DNA of 64,000 nt from contig NC_043000.1 in assembly GCF_006345805.1 (NCBI RefSeq), positions 122,884,001 to 122,948,000 on the forward strand, written 5' to 3'. The stretch comes from Octopus sinensis. Its lineage: Eukaryota. Below, in pieces: positions 27,453 through 39,595 of this stretch. Position 1 is the stretch's first letter; every line of letters begins with the position of its first letter. The translations under genes were made by a program, and so were the position numbers. Under the pieces are notes generated by a model. The model ran no database searches. It was given only the letters and a program-made list of their open reading frames with translations, and was not told the DNA's origin.

Positions 27453-27632
27453 TATTGTAGAGGCGTCTACAACAGACTCACAGTGTCGTCCTCATAAAAA
27501 AAGTCGCTCGGTGTGAGTCACTTCCTCGCTGTCTTCTCTTTACTAGCGACGCTATTTATTTCACAAAGCGCCTCAGATGATATATTAATTTCAATTAAAC
27601 ACTTTATCTGACATTTCTCAAAAATCGCTCAC

Positions 27633-27702
27633 CAAAGAAGAAGAGTACACAAAAAAAGATAGCAACGCGGACAAAAACACATAGTTTCGACTTCGATGGC
27701 AT
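27633..27702 (-). CDS. Candidate first coding exon encoding a signal peptide or anchor (MPSKSKLCVFVRVAIFFCVLFFF)
   Basis: AAAATG start context, basic N-region plus hydrophobic core, phase-1 donor TTG|GTGAGC. Confidence 0.4.
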
Positions 27703-28081
27703 TTTCTTTTTACCTATTCATGACGTCAAACATCTATACATTAAAATAATAATCTAAAAACTCAATCACCTCCAGGTATATAAAATCACAAACATACACC
27801 TAAAACATCTCGGAATTACTTTCCCCTAGCATCCACATCTACAACTATTCATGTTAATGGAATAAAATTCTAAAACTTTACAAAATAAAACGGAAGCAGC
27901 TCAATACAGACATATCGCTCTTCAATGCACATCCTTACAAATTATAAAAATGCTAATCTTTGACAGTCCTAAAGCAGCCTCTTCTGTAAGTACACAAACC
28001 TATCAGCAAGTATATGCTGCTTTCAACAACAAAAATGCAAAACACTCCTAGATGCATCGTTTTTACTTCTTTGCTTTAGAG

Positions 28082-28150
28082 CAGCATTTCTCAGCCGGGG
28101 TTCCTCGGAACCCTAGGGTTCCGCAAAAGGTTCCTAAGGGTTCTGCGAGA
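28082..28150 (+). mobile_element. Possible hAT-type DNA transposon end fragment
   Basis: CAGCATTTCTCAGCCGGGGTTCCTCGGAACCCTAGGGTTCCG resembles Charlie-like termini; no partner end seen. Confidence 0.4.
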
Positions 28151-28274
28151 AAGAGTGAGATAAGCTAATGCTAATTTCATCATCGTAATATTACGATACA
28201 TGCACAACATATTATTGGTTATTGTAATATAGACATCATCCTATCTAATCTATTATGTTATCAAAAAATATAAC

Positions 28275-28660
28275 AGGCATAGGAGTGGCTGTGTGGTAAG
28301 TAGCTTGCTTACGAACCGCATGGTTCCGGGTTCAGTCCCACTGCGTGGCACCTTGAGCAAGTGTCTTCTACTATAGTCTCGCGCTGACCAAAGCCTTGTG
28401 CGTGGATTTGGTAGACGGCGTATATATCTGTATATATGTATGTGTGCGTATGTTTGTGTGTGAGTTTGTCCTCCCAACATCACTTGACAACCGATGCTGG
28501 TGTGTTTACGTCCCCGTAGCTTAGCGGTTCGGCGAAAGGATCCGATGGAATAAGTACTAGGCTTACAAAGTATAAGTCATGGGGTCGATTTGCTCGACTA
28601 AAGGCGGTGCTCCAGCATGGCCACAGTCAAATAACTGAAACCAGTAAAAGATAAAAGAGT
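28275..28660 (+). mobile_element. SINE family B
   Basis: Full head to tail. Confidence 0.85.
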
Positions 28661-29529
28661 AACCATGTGTGTGTGTGTGTGTGTGTGTGTGATATTTACC
28701 ACGTGAACTACGATGAAAAAATGTGAAATTGGTATACAATTTTTTTTTTTTGCGGGTCAAAAATACCTTACGGGACAACGTAAAAGCTATTAAACTACTT
28801 CTCAGATCGCCAAACTTTTTCTCTATACAACGAGACTTCCAGAATCTCCAATTTCCCGGCTGGAATACAAGAGCAAGCCAACCCTGTAAATTTACTTAAT
28901 TTATGCGCACTCGACCTTCCTACACTTGTATAAAACATACAGGCAACCGCGTACTTAGAGGATGTTGTACCCACAATCTACTAACATTTCCCGGCATGTT
29001 GCTGCACATCTACTTCACGTTTATTTAAATCATTTGGAAACTTATCTCCGCAACCGGAGTTATTTCTCTTTCTGCCAGTAATGCTTGAAAATATCAAATG
29101 CAACGAAACATCAAAAGCAAAATCCTCAGCGTATCACACATACATTCAGTAGTCAAGAATACTAAAGTTAAGTGCAACTCATAAACAGCATTCACTTGCA
29201 ACTCCTTCACAGCATATAAAGGAGTTAAGAGGCACTTAGAACAGATTTGGTTATAAAGACACCGACTATGGCGATAATATAGGTATTAATACTAGAAAAT
29301 TGTTAACAAAGGAAATTATTATACTAAAAACTATACTAAATGAGGTCCTATTGTTAATAAAGTCACTGGTATCAGAGATAGTAGAAATAAGCAGCGATAC
29401 AGTGCGAAAGCAAGTGAAGGTTATAAGAACAGTGAAAGTAGTCCGGGGTGTTGTAGCGGGCGCCGTGATACTAAACACAATGTTATATACACACTAATAA
29501 TAGTAGAGCTATCAATATAGATCACGATG

Positions 29530-29945
29530 ACGGCGGCGGGCTGGCAGAATCGTTAGCACGCTGGGCGAAATGCGTAGCCGTATTTCGTCTGTCGTTACGT
29601 TCTGAGTTCAAATTCCGCCGAGGTCGACTTTGCCTTTCATCCTTTCGGGGTCGATAAATTAAGTACCAGTTACGCGCTGGGATCGATGTAATTGACTTAA
29701 TCCGTTTGTCTGTCCTTGTTTGTCCCTTCTTCGTTTAGTCCCTTGTGGGTAGTAAAGAAATAGGTATTTCGTCTGCCGCTATGCTCCGAGTTCAAATTCC
29801 ACCGAGGTCGACTTTACCTTTCATCCTTTCGGGGTCGATAAATTAAGTACCAGTTACGCACTGGGGTCGATGTAATCGACTTAATCCCTTTGTCTGTCCT
29901 TGTTTATCCCCTCTATGTTTAGCCCCTTGTTGGCAGTAAAGAAAT
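29530..29945 (+). mobile_element. SINE family A dimer
   Basis: Head plus two core/tail units joined at GAAATAGGTATTTCGTCTG. Confidence 0.9.
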
Positions 29946-30707
29946 ATATAAGAACAGTGAAAGTAGTCCAGGGTGTTGTAACGGGTTCAGTGATACTAAA
30001 CACAATGTTAGCACTATATACACACTAGTAAAAGTAGAGCTATCAATATAGATCACGTTCGCGGTCGTTACTACCAGACAGTAAGTTCTTGCACAGTTAC
30101 TATCAAATAGTCCTATCTCTATAACAATATTACCATCCATTATACAGTCACGCCATCTAGCACAAATTTACCAATTATGAATATGTAAGTAATCTAGAAT
30201 GTTTTGATAGTTAAGCTGAAACAAAGAAGCCTCCGCTTCTGTGTAAATAGCATTAATGTTTAGCGAAAAATTATTAGAGATAATGACATATGTGATACGA
30301 AGATGATATCATTTCAATTAATTCTCTAATATATAGATAACATCATGATGATGATTTATATGAATTCTATCTGGAGAGGAGGATATGATAACGTTAATTA
30401 CCTTCAAGTTCAATACTTTATCAGTGTTATCGTTCACATGATTAGATGTAGTACATGTAGTTACTGAAGTTATATTCATTATAAATCGAGGGGAAGGTGG
30501 CGGAAAATGTATAGATCTTCGTTACTGCATAGAATGACAACACAGCAGTGGATGTGGTGCAGACGATAGCAAAACCTATATGTGTTTTTCATGCGAGTGC
30601 ATCTCTAAAGTTGGTTCTAGTTTCAACTCTCACCGAGAAACTAGAAGAGCACGCGATATACTCGTAGCTTGGCACCAGTGACGTTGCAACTCATTTCTAC
30701 AATTGAG

Positions 30708-31465
30708 TGACAACCGACAAACAGAACGAAATACGTCCTCGTGATTCACCGCTCTAAAGGAGGTTATCTCTCTGCGATATATATTGAATTTTTAGCATAT
30801 CTATTAAGAGATTTTCTCTCGGGCAACAGATGCAGCATCCTGATTTCAAAGGGCGTGTGTGTGTGTGTATATGCGTGTATATATGTATACATATTGGCTT
30901 TCAATACATTCGATGATCCGTATATTTTCAAACATTAATTATGCTTTACTAACATTTAGCAATTTGTTGTTTGTTCCTTCTCGAGCCACGCCTGGCTCAT
31001 TAGGGCCGGTTTCCTTGGCGTATAGGTTACCCACCTGGACGGCACGCCGGTCCGTCTCAGGTGAGTTGTAAGATGCAGGAGCAAAAGGTGAGAGAAAGTT
31101 GTGGCGAAAGAGTCAGCAGAAGTTCGCCATTACCTTCTGCCGGATCCGCGTGGAGCTTAGGTGTTTCGCTCATAAACACGCACATCGCTGGGTCTGAGAT
31201 TCGAACCCGCGATCCCTCGACCGCGAGTCCGCTGCACTATCCATTAGGCGATGTGCCTCCACTTCAGCAATTTATGAGTTGGAATAAATACTAAAATTAA
31301 TCCTTTTTTCTTTGTTCTTGAGCCCTAAGACTCGTAAAATTGGCTATCCGGTTTCCATGGCGCATAATTGACCAAGATCACAACATTACCCACTGACCAG
31401 GGTCGTAGATCCTTGCAGGGTTCAATGCTAGCAAATTTTTCAAGAATGGCACAAGTTGATTACAT
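30708..31465. repeat. Local segmental duplication, copy 1 (copy 2 at 33514-34348)
   Basis: Colinear near-identity from TGACAACCGACAAACAG to GTTGATTACAT, including non-SINE sequence. Confidence 0.92.
30965..31262 (-). mobile_element. tRNA-derived SINE with V-domain-like motif (second copy 33780-34081)
   Basis: tRNA-like head GTGGAGGCAC..GGTTCGAATCTC; CCTGCGACGGACCGG..CCGTCCAGG resembles the V-SINE domain (from recall). Confidence 0.65.
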
Positions 31466-31629
31466 GTTTTGAGTTGATAAAACAGATACCAAAATGTCTC
31501 TCAGAAATAAATCAGCAGACAATGGGAATCTCGTATACCAATTAGATGAAGTCACTAATCCGATGTCATGGCATTTAAGAAGCGAGCGAAAACTTTCACG
31601 AAATGCGCCAATCTGATATGAAAGAAGAA

Positions 31630-31716
31630 AAACTTCGCAGGGAACCAGCTACCATACCGCTTAGCTGGTCTTTCGCCCCCTACACGCGGCTCTGATGATT
31701 GTTTTGTACGTCAGAA
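31630..31716 (-). pseudogene. Divergent LSU (28S-like) rRNA fragment
   Basis: Minus strand CTGACGTACAAA..GGGGCGAAAGAC..GTAGCTGGTTCCCTGCGAAGTTT parallels the conserved 28S CTGACGTGCAAA..GGGGCGAAAGAC..GTAGCTGGTTCCCTCCGAAGTTT in order and spacing. Confidence 0.7.
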
Positions 31717-31834
31717 GTAATTCGTTTTATTCAACAGAGGAAGTGTTCTGATTTTCATACTGAACTAGAAAATAATGTCACGATATCAATTTAAAAACGA
31801 CATAACATTTTCATTTCTTCATACTGAAGTCTTG

Positions 31835-32108
31835 TATACTCTTTTACTCTTTTACTTGTTTCAGTCATTTGACTGCGACCATGCTGGATCACCGCCTTTA
31901 GTCGAGCAAATCGACCTCAGGGCTTATTCTTTGTAAGCCTAGTACAAATTCTCTTGGCTCTTTTGCCGAACCGCTAAGTTACGGGGACGTAAACACACCA
32001 GCATCGCTTGTCAAGTGATGTTGGGGGGACAAACACAGACACGCAAACATATACACGCACGTACACACACACACACCACACACACACACACACACACCAC
32101 ACACACAC

Positions 32109-32175
<67 letters not shown>

Positions 32176-32570
32176 AAAGTTTACGAAAAAGACAAAAGAC
32201 AAAGCAAAGACAGGTGGTGTACAAAACAAACAGATGTATTAGTATAACGCTCAAGAATAGAAAAAGTCTTTTACGTTTCGAGCCTACGCTCTTCTACAGA
32301 AAGGTACACAGAAAAAACAAGGAGAGAAAAAAATATGTAGTGACTAACGATCTATACATACATACATACATACATACATACATACATACATACATACATA
32401 CATACATACGACGGGCTTTTTTCAGTTTCCGTCTACCAAATCCACTTACAAGGCTTCGGTCGGCCCGAGGCTATAGTAGAAGACACTTGCCCAAGGTGCC
32501 ACGCAGTTGGACTGAATCCGGAACCATGTGATTCGTAAGCAAGCTACTTACCATACAGCCACTCCTGCAC
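31835..32570 (-). mobile_element. SINE family B with Penelope-like insert (32172-32355)
   Basis: Same architecture as 17945-18520. Confidence 0.8.
32268..32303 (-). ncRNA. Hammerhead-like motif, core variant CUGUAGA (identical to 18262-18297)
   Basis: Identical 36-nt motif. Confidence 0.5.
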
Positions 32571-33513
32571 CTATTTGTTAACTTTCCCTTACAAACTTCT
32601 TTGTGCACATATTAAGTGTTGCTACTGAATACATGCAAGATAGATTAAATACAAGCTGGTCTAGTCCAAATAGGTAGCTACTATAAATAAGGTAAAACAC
32701 TTCTCTCTAGGAAGTGAAAGCATTATATTTTGCAAAGAGTGTTTTGTTAGCTTGCTATACTGAATTTCAACATGCAAATTCGAAATACCACTCACCATAC
32801 TATCTGAATTAGCATCAAACCGCTACGGCAACATTTTGCGTCGGTGGCGGTTCAAAAGAGACTTAAAAGAAAATGTAAGACATTACCCGAATAGCAATAC
32901 GTGAATCAAAGAAGCAAAATCGTTGAATATATTCATCTCAACAAATTTATCGAATGTGCTATTAGCGCATTGGTGATTCATGTGCGAATCAATACGTAGC
33001 TGGGCTCTCTTATTGCTGTGCAAGCTCTAGCATTCTCATAGAAAGTATTACTACAATACAGGATCTCAAGGCGAGTTGACAGAACAATCCAATGTTTTCT
33101 ACTGATATATAAGCATTACCTGCAAATTGATTAAAGAATTTCAAGACATATTTGAGGTGTACAAGGATACATACATACATATATATATACATATTTCTGT
33201 GTGTGTGTGTGTGTATGTATATATATATGTGTATATATATGTTTATATATGTATATATACGTGTATATATGTGTATATATGTATATATATGCGTATATAT
33301 GTATATATATGTGTGTATATATGTGTGTGTGAGAGAGTGAGTATATATGCTTATATACATACATACATCTATATGTGTGTGTATGTATATGTTAATTGAA
33401 TGCTGCTTCAGTTGCATTTGCTGGTTTTTTAGTTGCCTGGCAGGCTTTCCTCAATCCCTGCGAAAGTATTATTCAGTTCTGTTTTAACAAGTGGCAAACA
33501 GGGGGGAAGGCAT

Positions 33514-34348
33514 TGACAACCGACAAACAGAACGAAATGCGCCCTCGTGATTCACCGCTCTAAAGAAGGTTATCTCACTGCGATATATATTGACTTTTTA
33601 GCATATCTATTAAGAGATTTTCTCTCGGGCAACAGATGCAGCATCATGATTTCAAAGGGCGTGTGTGTGTGTGTGTGTGTGTATGCGTGTATATATGTAT
33701 ACATACTGGCTTTCAATAAATTCGATGATCCGTATATTTTCAAACATTAATCATGCTTTACTAACATTTAGCAATTTGTTGTTTGTTCCTTTTCGAGCCA
33801 TGCCTGGCTCATAAGGGCCGGTTTCCCGGTTTCCTTGGCGCATAGGTTCCCCACCTGGACGGGACACCGGTCCGTCGCAGGTGAGCTGCTAGATGCAGGA
33901 AGAAAGAGTGAGAGAAGGTTGTGGCGAAAGAGTCAGCAGAAGTTCGCCATTACCTTCTGCCGAATCCGCGCGGAGCTTAGATATTTCGCTCATAAACATA
34001 CATCGCCCGGTCTGAGATTCGAACCCGCGATCCCTCGACCGCGAGTCCGCTGTTCTAACCACTATGCCATGTGCCTCCACTTCAGCAATTTATGAGTTGG
34101 AATAAATACTAAAATAAATCATGTTCTTGAGCCCTAAGACTCGTAAAATTGGCTATCCGGTTTCTATGGCGCATAACTGACCAAGATCACAACATTCTAT
34201 TGTTTTGCCGAAGCGCTAAGTTACGGGAACGTAAACACACCAGCATTGCTTGTCAAGTGATGTTGGGGGGACAAACTGACCAGGGTCACAGATCCTTGCA
34301 GGGCCCAATACTACCAAATTTTGCAGGAATGGCACAAGTTGATTACAT
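33514..34348. repeat. Local segmental duplication, copy 2, with a 78-bp SINE-B-derived insert
   Basis: 34197-34274 replaces ACCC of copy 1. Confidence 0.92.
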
Positions 34349-34627
34349 TGAACCCATAATTCAACAGGTACTTTATCTTATCGACCCGGAACGGATGAAA
34401 GAGGAAATTGGCTTGGGCTGAATTTGGACTCAGAGCGAAACAACCGGAAGAAATGGTACTAGATCTTTGGACTGAAGTACTAACGATTCTGCCAATTTGC
34501 TGCCTTACAGGTGATGTAGTAACCTGAAAAACTTGAACGATGTAATATTTTCCTATAAACATTTTTTTACATATTTACCATTAGAGAAAATATCTAATAT
34601 GAATAATTTTCCTATTAGCCCTTCCTC

Positions 34628-34748
<121 letters not shown>

Positions 34749-34752
34749 GCAC

Positions 34753-34784
<32 letters not shown>

Positions 34785-35935
34785 GCACTATCTTCCTCTA
34801 AATTGACTTCTTTCTAATTTTCACTTGTTTTCCTCTTTCTTTCTCTCCTATCTTTTTCTCTTTTTTCTTTTGCCTTTCTCTCCCTTTATCTCTCTCCCTC
34901 TTTCTGTCTGACATATTTACGTTCTCTTCTCTACAAACCTATTTCTTTACATAGAAGAAGACATTTAATAGAATATCTTAGTAAACATAACATCGATCTT
35001 ACAAAATCCAGCGGGCTATAGAAGCTCTATACCTCGCAGATGACGCCAAAATGGCGCAGAAGCGTATTCAAAGTTGCCTGTTGTGCTTACCAAGAAAATT
35101 ATAAAACTAATATTAGTCGCCGACTAATATTTATTCCAATTTAGAATTTTACTACTGTCCCTTAATACACCAGCATCCAATCTCTTCCAAATTAAGTCAT
35201 GTAAACTGAATATATGAAATGTCGTACTCGATAGAGTAATGGTTTTGCTAAGGTTAACGAAAATCATTCATAAATGCTCGCCTGCTTTACTCAAATATAT
35301 ATCAAAGATTCTATTCCGCTTTCTTTATGTTGTAGATGTTATTTATAAAAGCCAGGAAAACAAATTATATTTCTTCCTCTCTCTAAATTGAACGAATCTA
35401 ATTCTATGTTACTAAACGTAGTTGACTACAAATACACGATATTGCTTGACTCTATTCATATCTTTAAAATTACTATCTATTCAACCTCTTGTGACCTCAT
35501 AGATCAAATCTTATCAATTGTACACGGAGACTACCATGACTGACGCGATTTTTATGATCGTTATCCACTGAAGGATCTTTAAACTAATGAAACAATTGGG
35601 TAGTATTGTTGCTGTTTTAACCAAAACCATTAACATGTCGAAGAAATGAGGTTAATTCTGTGTTGTGGAAATAGTAGCGTCGTCTAAAGTATGTAACAGC
35701 ATTTTATCAGAACGTAGGGATGGCCAATGGTGACATTCAGGCGCTTTATCAGTTCTTTTGGTTGTATGCATCCTCGGTGAAGGCGTGTGTTCTAATACTT
35801 AAGGTACTCACGATCATAATACAGTGGGTTCAATTCCTAGATCGGGCAGCGTATTCTATCCTTGAGTAAGGGCACTTCCTTTGATGTTGCTACATTCCAC
35901 CAACTGAAAATGAGTATCAGCTGAGCAGAATGCAC

Positions 35936-35985
<50 letters not shown>

Positions 35986-36409
35986 CTTTCTCACACTCTC
36001 TCTCTCATTCTCTCTTTCTTGCCCTCCCTCATTTTCTCTTTCTGTCTCAGTGTTAAATACATTTTTTTCTATATATACCCAGGCCTATTCCCCATTTTTT
36101 TAGGAGCAGGTAGTCACAACGAGACACGCACCAGGCATCCCATTCATTTCCTAGCTCAAAGAAGCGAGCCCCACCCTATGCTCCAGTCAAGGCAAAAAAC
36201 GCATACTGGTGGCAATTAGTAACTCCATTTCTCTTTAGCTATTGGATTTGTTGAACATATGAACAATTTCACAGCTTATTTCTTCGGAAGTGGTCACATG
36301 ACGTCGACAGGCCTGATGAAAACCCGATAAGGTTCGAAAATCGATTAACGCTATTCATCACCATTTTTTTAGTCTACGGAGAAATTGTTAGATTTGGCAT
36401 GCATATATA

Positions 36410-36800
36410 GGCGCAGGAGTGGCTGTGTGGTAAGTTGCTTCTTAACAACCACATGGTTCCGGGTTCAGTCCCACTGCGTGGCACTTTGGGCAAGTGTCTT
36501 CTACTATAGCCCCGGGCTGACCAAAGCCTTGTGAGTGGATTTGGTAGACGGAAACTGAAAGAAGCACGTCGTATATATATATGTGTGTGTGTGTGTGTGT
36601 TTGTCCCCCTTCCTCCCATCATCGCTTGACTACCGATGCTGGTGTGTTTACATCCCAGTAACTTAGCGATTCGGCAAAAGATACCGATAGAATAAGTAAT
36701 TGGCTTACAAATAATATGGCCTGGGGTCGATTTGCTCGACTAAAGGCGGTGCTCCAGCATGGTCACAGTCAAATGACTGAAACAAGTAAAAGAGTAAGAG
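36410..36800 (+). mobile_element. SINE family B
   Basis: Full head to tail. Confidence 0.85.
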
Positions 36801-37799
36801 TAACGTTATTCACCATCATTTTTTTTTTTTTTAGTCTACAGAAAAATCGTTAAATTTGTCATGCATATATGACCGCCACATATGTTTGTCTATGCCTGCT
36901 TGCCATTACATAGACGTATAGATACCGAACTCAGTAATAAAACGTTGCATGTTGCCATGCCTTAATTGTTCACAAGTATCTTCTATCATCAGATTATTTA
37001 AAGCGATCAAATGTTCGCCTCGAACTTTTCGCATTTCGCAATAGAACTGAAGCAACATGTAGGAAATGAATTATAGAAAAGTTAGCGCAGATTAAAATGC
37101 TCGAACAAAGTACCTACCCTTGTGTCATAGGTCGCAAGACATTGTTGATGACAGAAGAAGGAGAGATAATGGGGTGGGTTGGAGAGAATATATTGTTGAG
37201 ATAAAGATTTGGAGTCAGCAAGTTCAGTAAGGCCGAAAATTTTGTTATATTGATACTAAGATAGAGAGAATTAAGCTAAGATATTTAAAGATTACCCTGC
37301 GGCTGTTTTATAACCAATCTTGGCATCTGGCTGATTTTCTTTCCAATGCTTATTGCATCTGCTTTACTTGTGTTTGTTACTGGTACGCTTCTGTCGCCAT
37401 ATTGCGCTTGTGTTTTTTGCCCGTTTGTTTGATTTTTATTTATCTCGACAAGCCACTTAGCTCTTCTGGCCTTTCAGAACAGGCTGTATACCTAATTAAG
37501 AAAGAAATCGTTACTGCTTTTAGATATTATTCTCTTTTATGTTGTTAATATTTTTCTACAAGAAATCGAAATTTCTTGTTGATGTTAATATTCGCAGCAA
37601 TGCTTCTGCTGTTATGTTGTCCTTATTGTTCGACTTTTACGTCTTCCATTTTCTTCTCATAATGTTTACGTTTGTTTACTTGATGCTGTTATTATTATTA
37701 TTTATGTATTTAATGCCCATGGATTTGTTACCGCTGTTATTAATATTTTGGCCTTTGTTTTTACTCCTTTGCCAATATACAATTGATTTTGTTTTATCG

Positions 37800-37831
37800 C
37801 TATTACCATCATCATCATCATCATCATCATC

Positions 37832-37872
<41 letters not shown>

Positions 37873-37886
37873 CATCATCATCATCC

Positions 37887-37917
<31 letters not shown>

Positions 37918-37949
37918 CATTATTATCATCATCATCATCATCATCATCC

Positions 37950-37983
<34 letters not shown>

Positions 37984-38024
37984 CATTATTATCATCATCA
38001 TCATCATCCTTATTATTATTATTA

Positions 38025-38079
<55 letters not shown>

Positions 38080-38130
38080 AATCACCATCATCATCACCAA
38101 CAACAACATTATCATGATCATCATTATTAC
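37800..38130. repeat. Compound (TAT)n/(CAT)n trinucleotide array
   Basis: Direct inspection; explains the poly-Y/H/L/I ORFs. Confidence 0.97.
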
Positions 38131-38550
38131 AACACAGCTGATCCAGTTCTTCTTTTTGATTTTCGTCTTGGATATTTCTTTTTTTTTATATATATACTCT
38201 ATATCGTTGTTATTGCTGTTATTGTTATTATCGATGATCCCGTTGTTGATTTTATAGTCGCTATTTGTTTATTATATGGGCAATAAAACCAAGATAAGTA
38301 ATTGGCTGCAGTTTGTATCATGGAATATATCTATCTCTCTGAAAGGGACGTTAGGTTTGAATTGTGTCTCTCGAGAGTTCGTTAAGATATGAAAGCTTGT
38401 TCGCAGGCTCCCCTATGTCTTCAGATAGATAAATCTTTGATCGAAACACAAAAGATTCTATCACTGAAGATAGTTTTCAAATTCCCAGACTACCAGATTA
38501 TTTTGACGCTTTGTATATTAATAACTCCTTTTATTTCACAGCCACTGTCA

Positions 38551-38611
<61 letters not shown>

Positions 38612-38620
38612 AGATATATA

Positions 38621-38660
<40 letters not shown>

Positions 38661-39169
38661 ATATACAGAGGCAGGAGTCGGAGAGTGATGTATGTGTGTG
38701 TGTGTGTATTCATATATGGGAGAGTGCGTATGACACTATGTGAGTTTGTAAGCGTGTATTTTGGTGTTGTACGTATAGGGAATTGATGTTTTCAACTTAC
38801 ATAGCACCCACACACACACACACACCACACACAACAATATAAATATATATATATATATATTATATACATATATATATATACATGCATACATAAATTCTTA
38901 TACTGGGAGGGAGAGGGGTGAGGAGAGGGAGAAAGATATATACACCCATTTTTGATGTTTCTGCATTTGTAAAATATATGTATATACATATTAAAACGTC
39001 AATGTGTGTGTGAATGTGTGTGTGTGTGTGTGCGTGTGTGTGTGAGTGTGTATATGTATGAATGTATAAACATTTAACGAAGTTCACTTCTATTTTTCCC
39101 GCTACAAACAGTGAAATGTTATCATTTGAAGAAAACTAAGGGTGGGTGGCTTTTTTAGTATCATTTATT

Positions 39170-39324
39170 TTTTACTTGTTTCATTCTTTGGACTGTGACC
39201 ATTCTGGTGTGCTGTCTTCAAGAGTTTAGAGAAAAGCATCGACGCCAGTACTTATTTTATCAAGCGATACTAGGTAACAAATACAACACAAAGACAAACA
39301 CACATCTATATATGTATAAGCACT

Positions 39325-39362
<38 letters not shown>

Positions 39363-39384
39363 ATATGGGTATGTATATATATTC

Positions 39385-39422
<38 letters not shown>

Positions 39423-39595
39423 TACGCTTCAGGCATTCTTTTTTACTTTCCGTCTACGTAGTCCAGACACAATGCTTTGGTCTGCCCAGGGCTACAGTGG
39501 AAACACATCCGCAAGGTGCCACCCAGTGAGAGACTGATGCCTGAACCATGTGTTGAGAAAGCAAACTTCTTATCACAGAACCACGCTTGCGCTTC
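39170..39595 (-). mobile_element. SINE family B, diverged
   Basis: Tail and head motifs recognisable around (TA)n. Confidence 0.65.

Noticed and set aside
32840-32900. Second possible 28S-like fragment
   Set aside because: Similarity is short and the motifs are out of order
33990-34081. tRNA-like sequence (and other SINE heads)
   Set aside because: No complete cloverleaf or acceptor stem; it continues into SINE body, so it is not a tRNA gene
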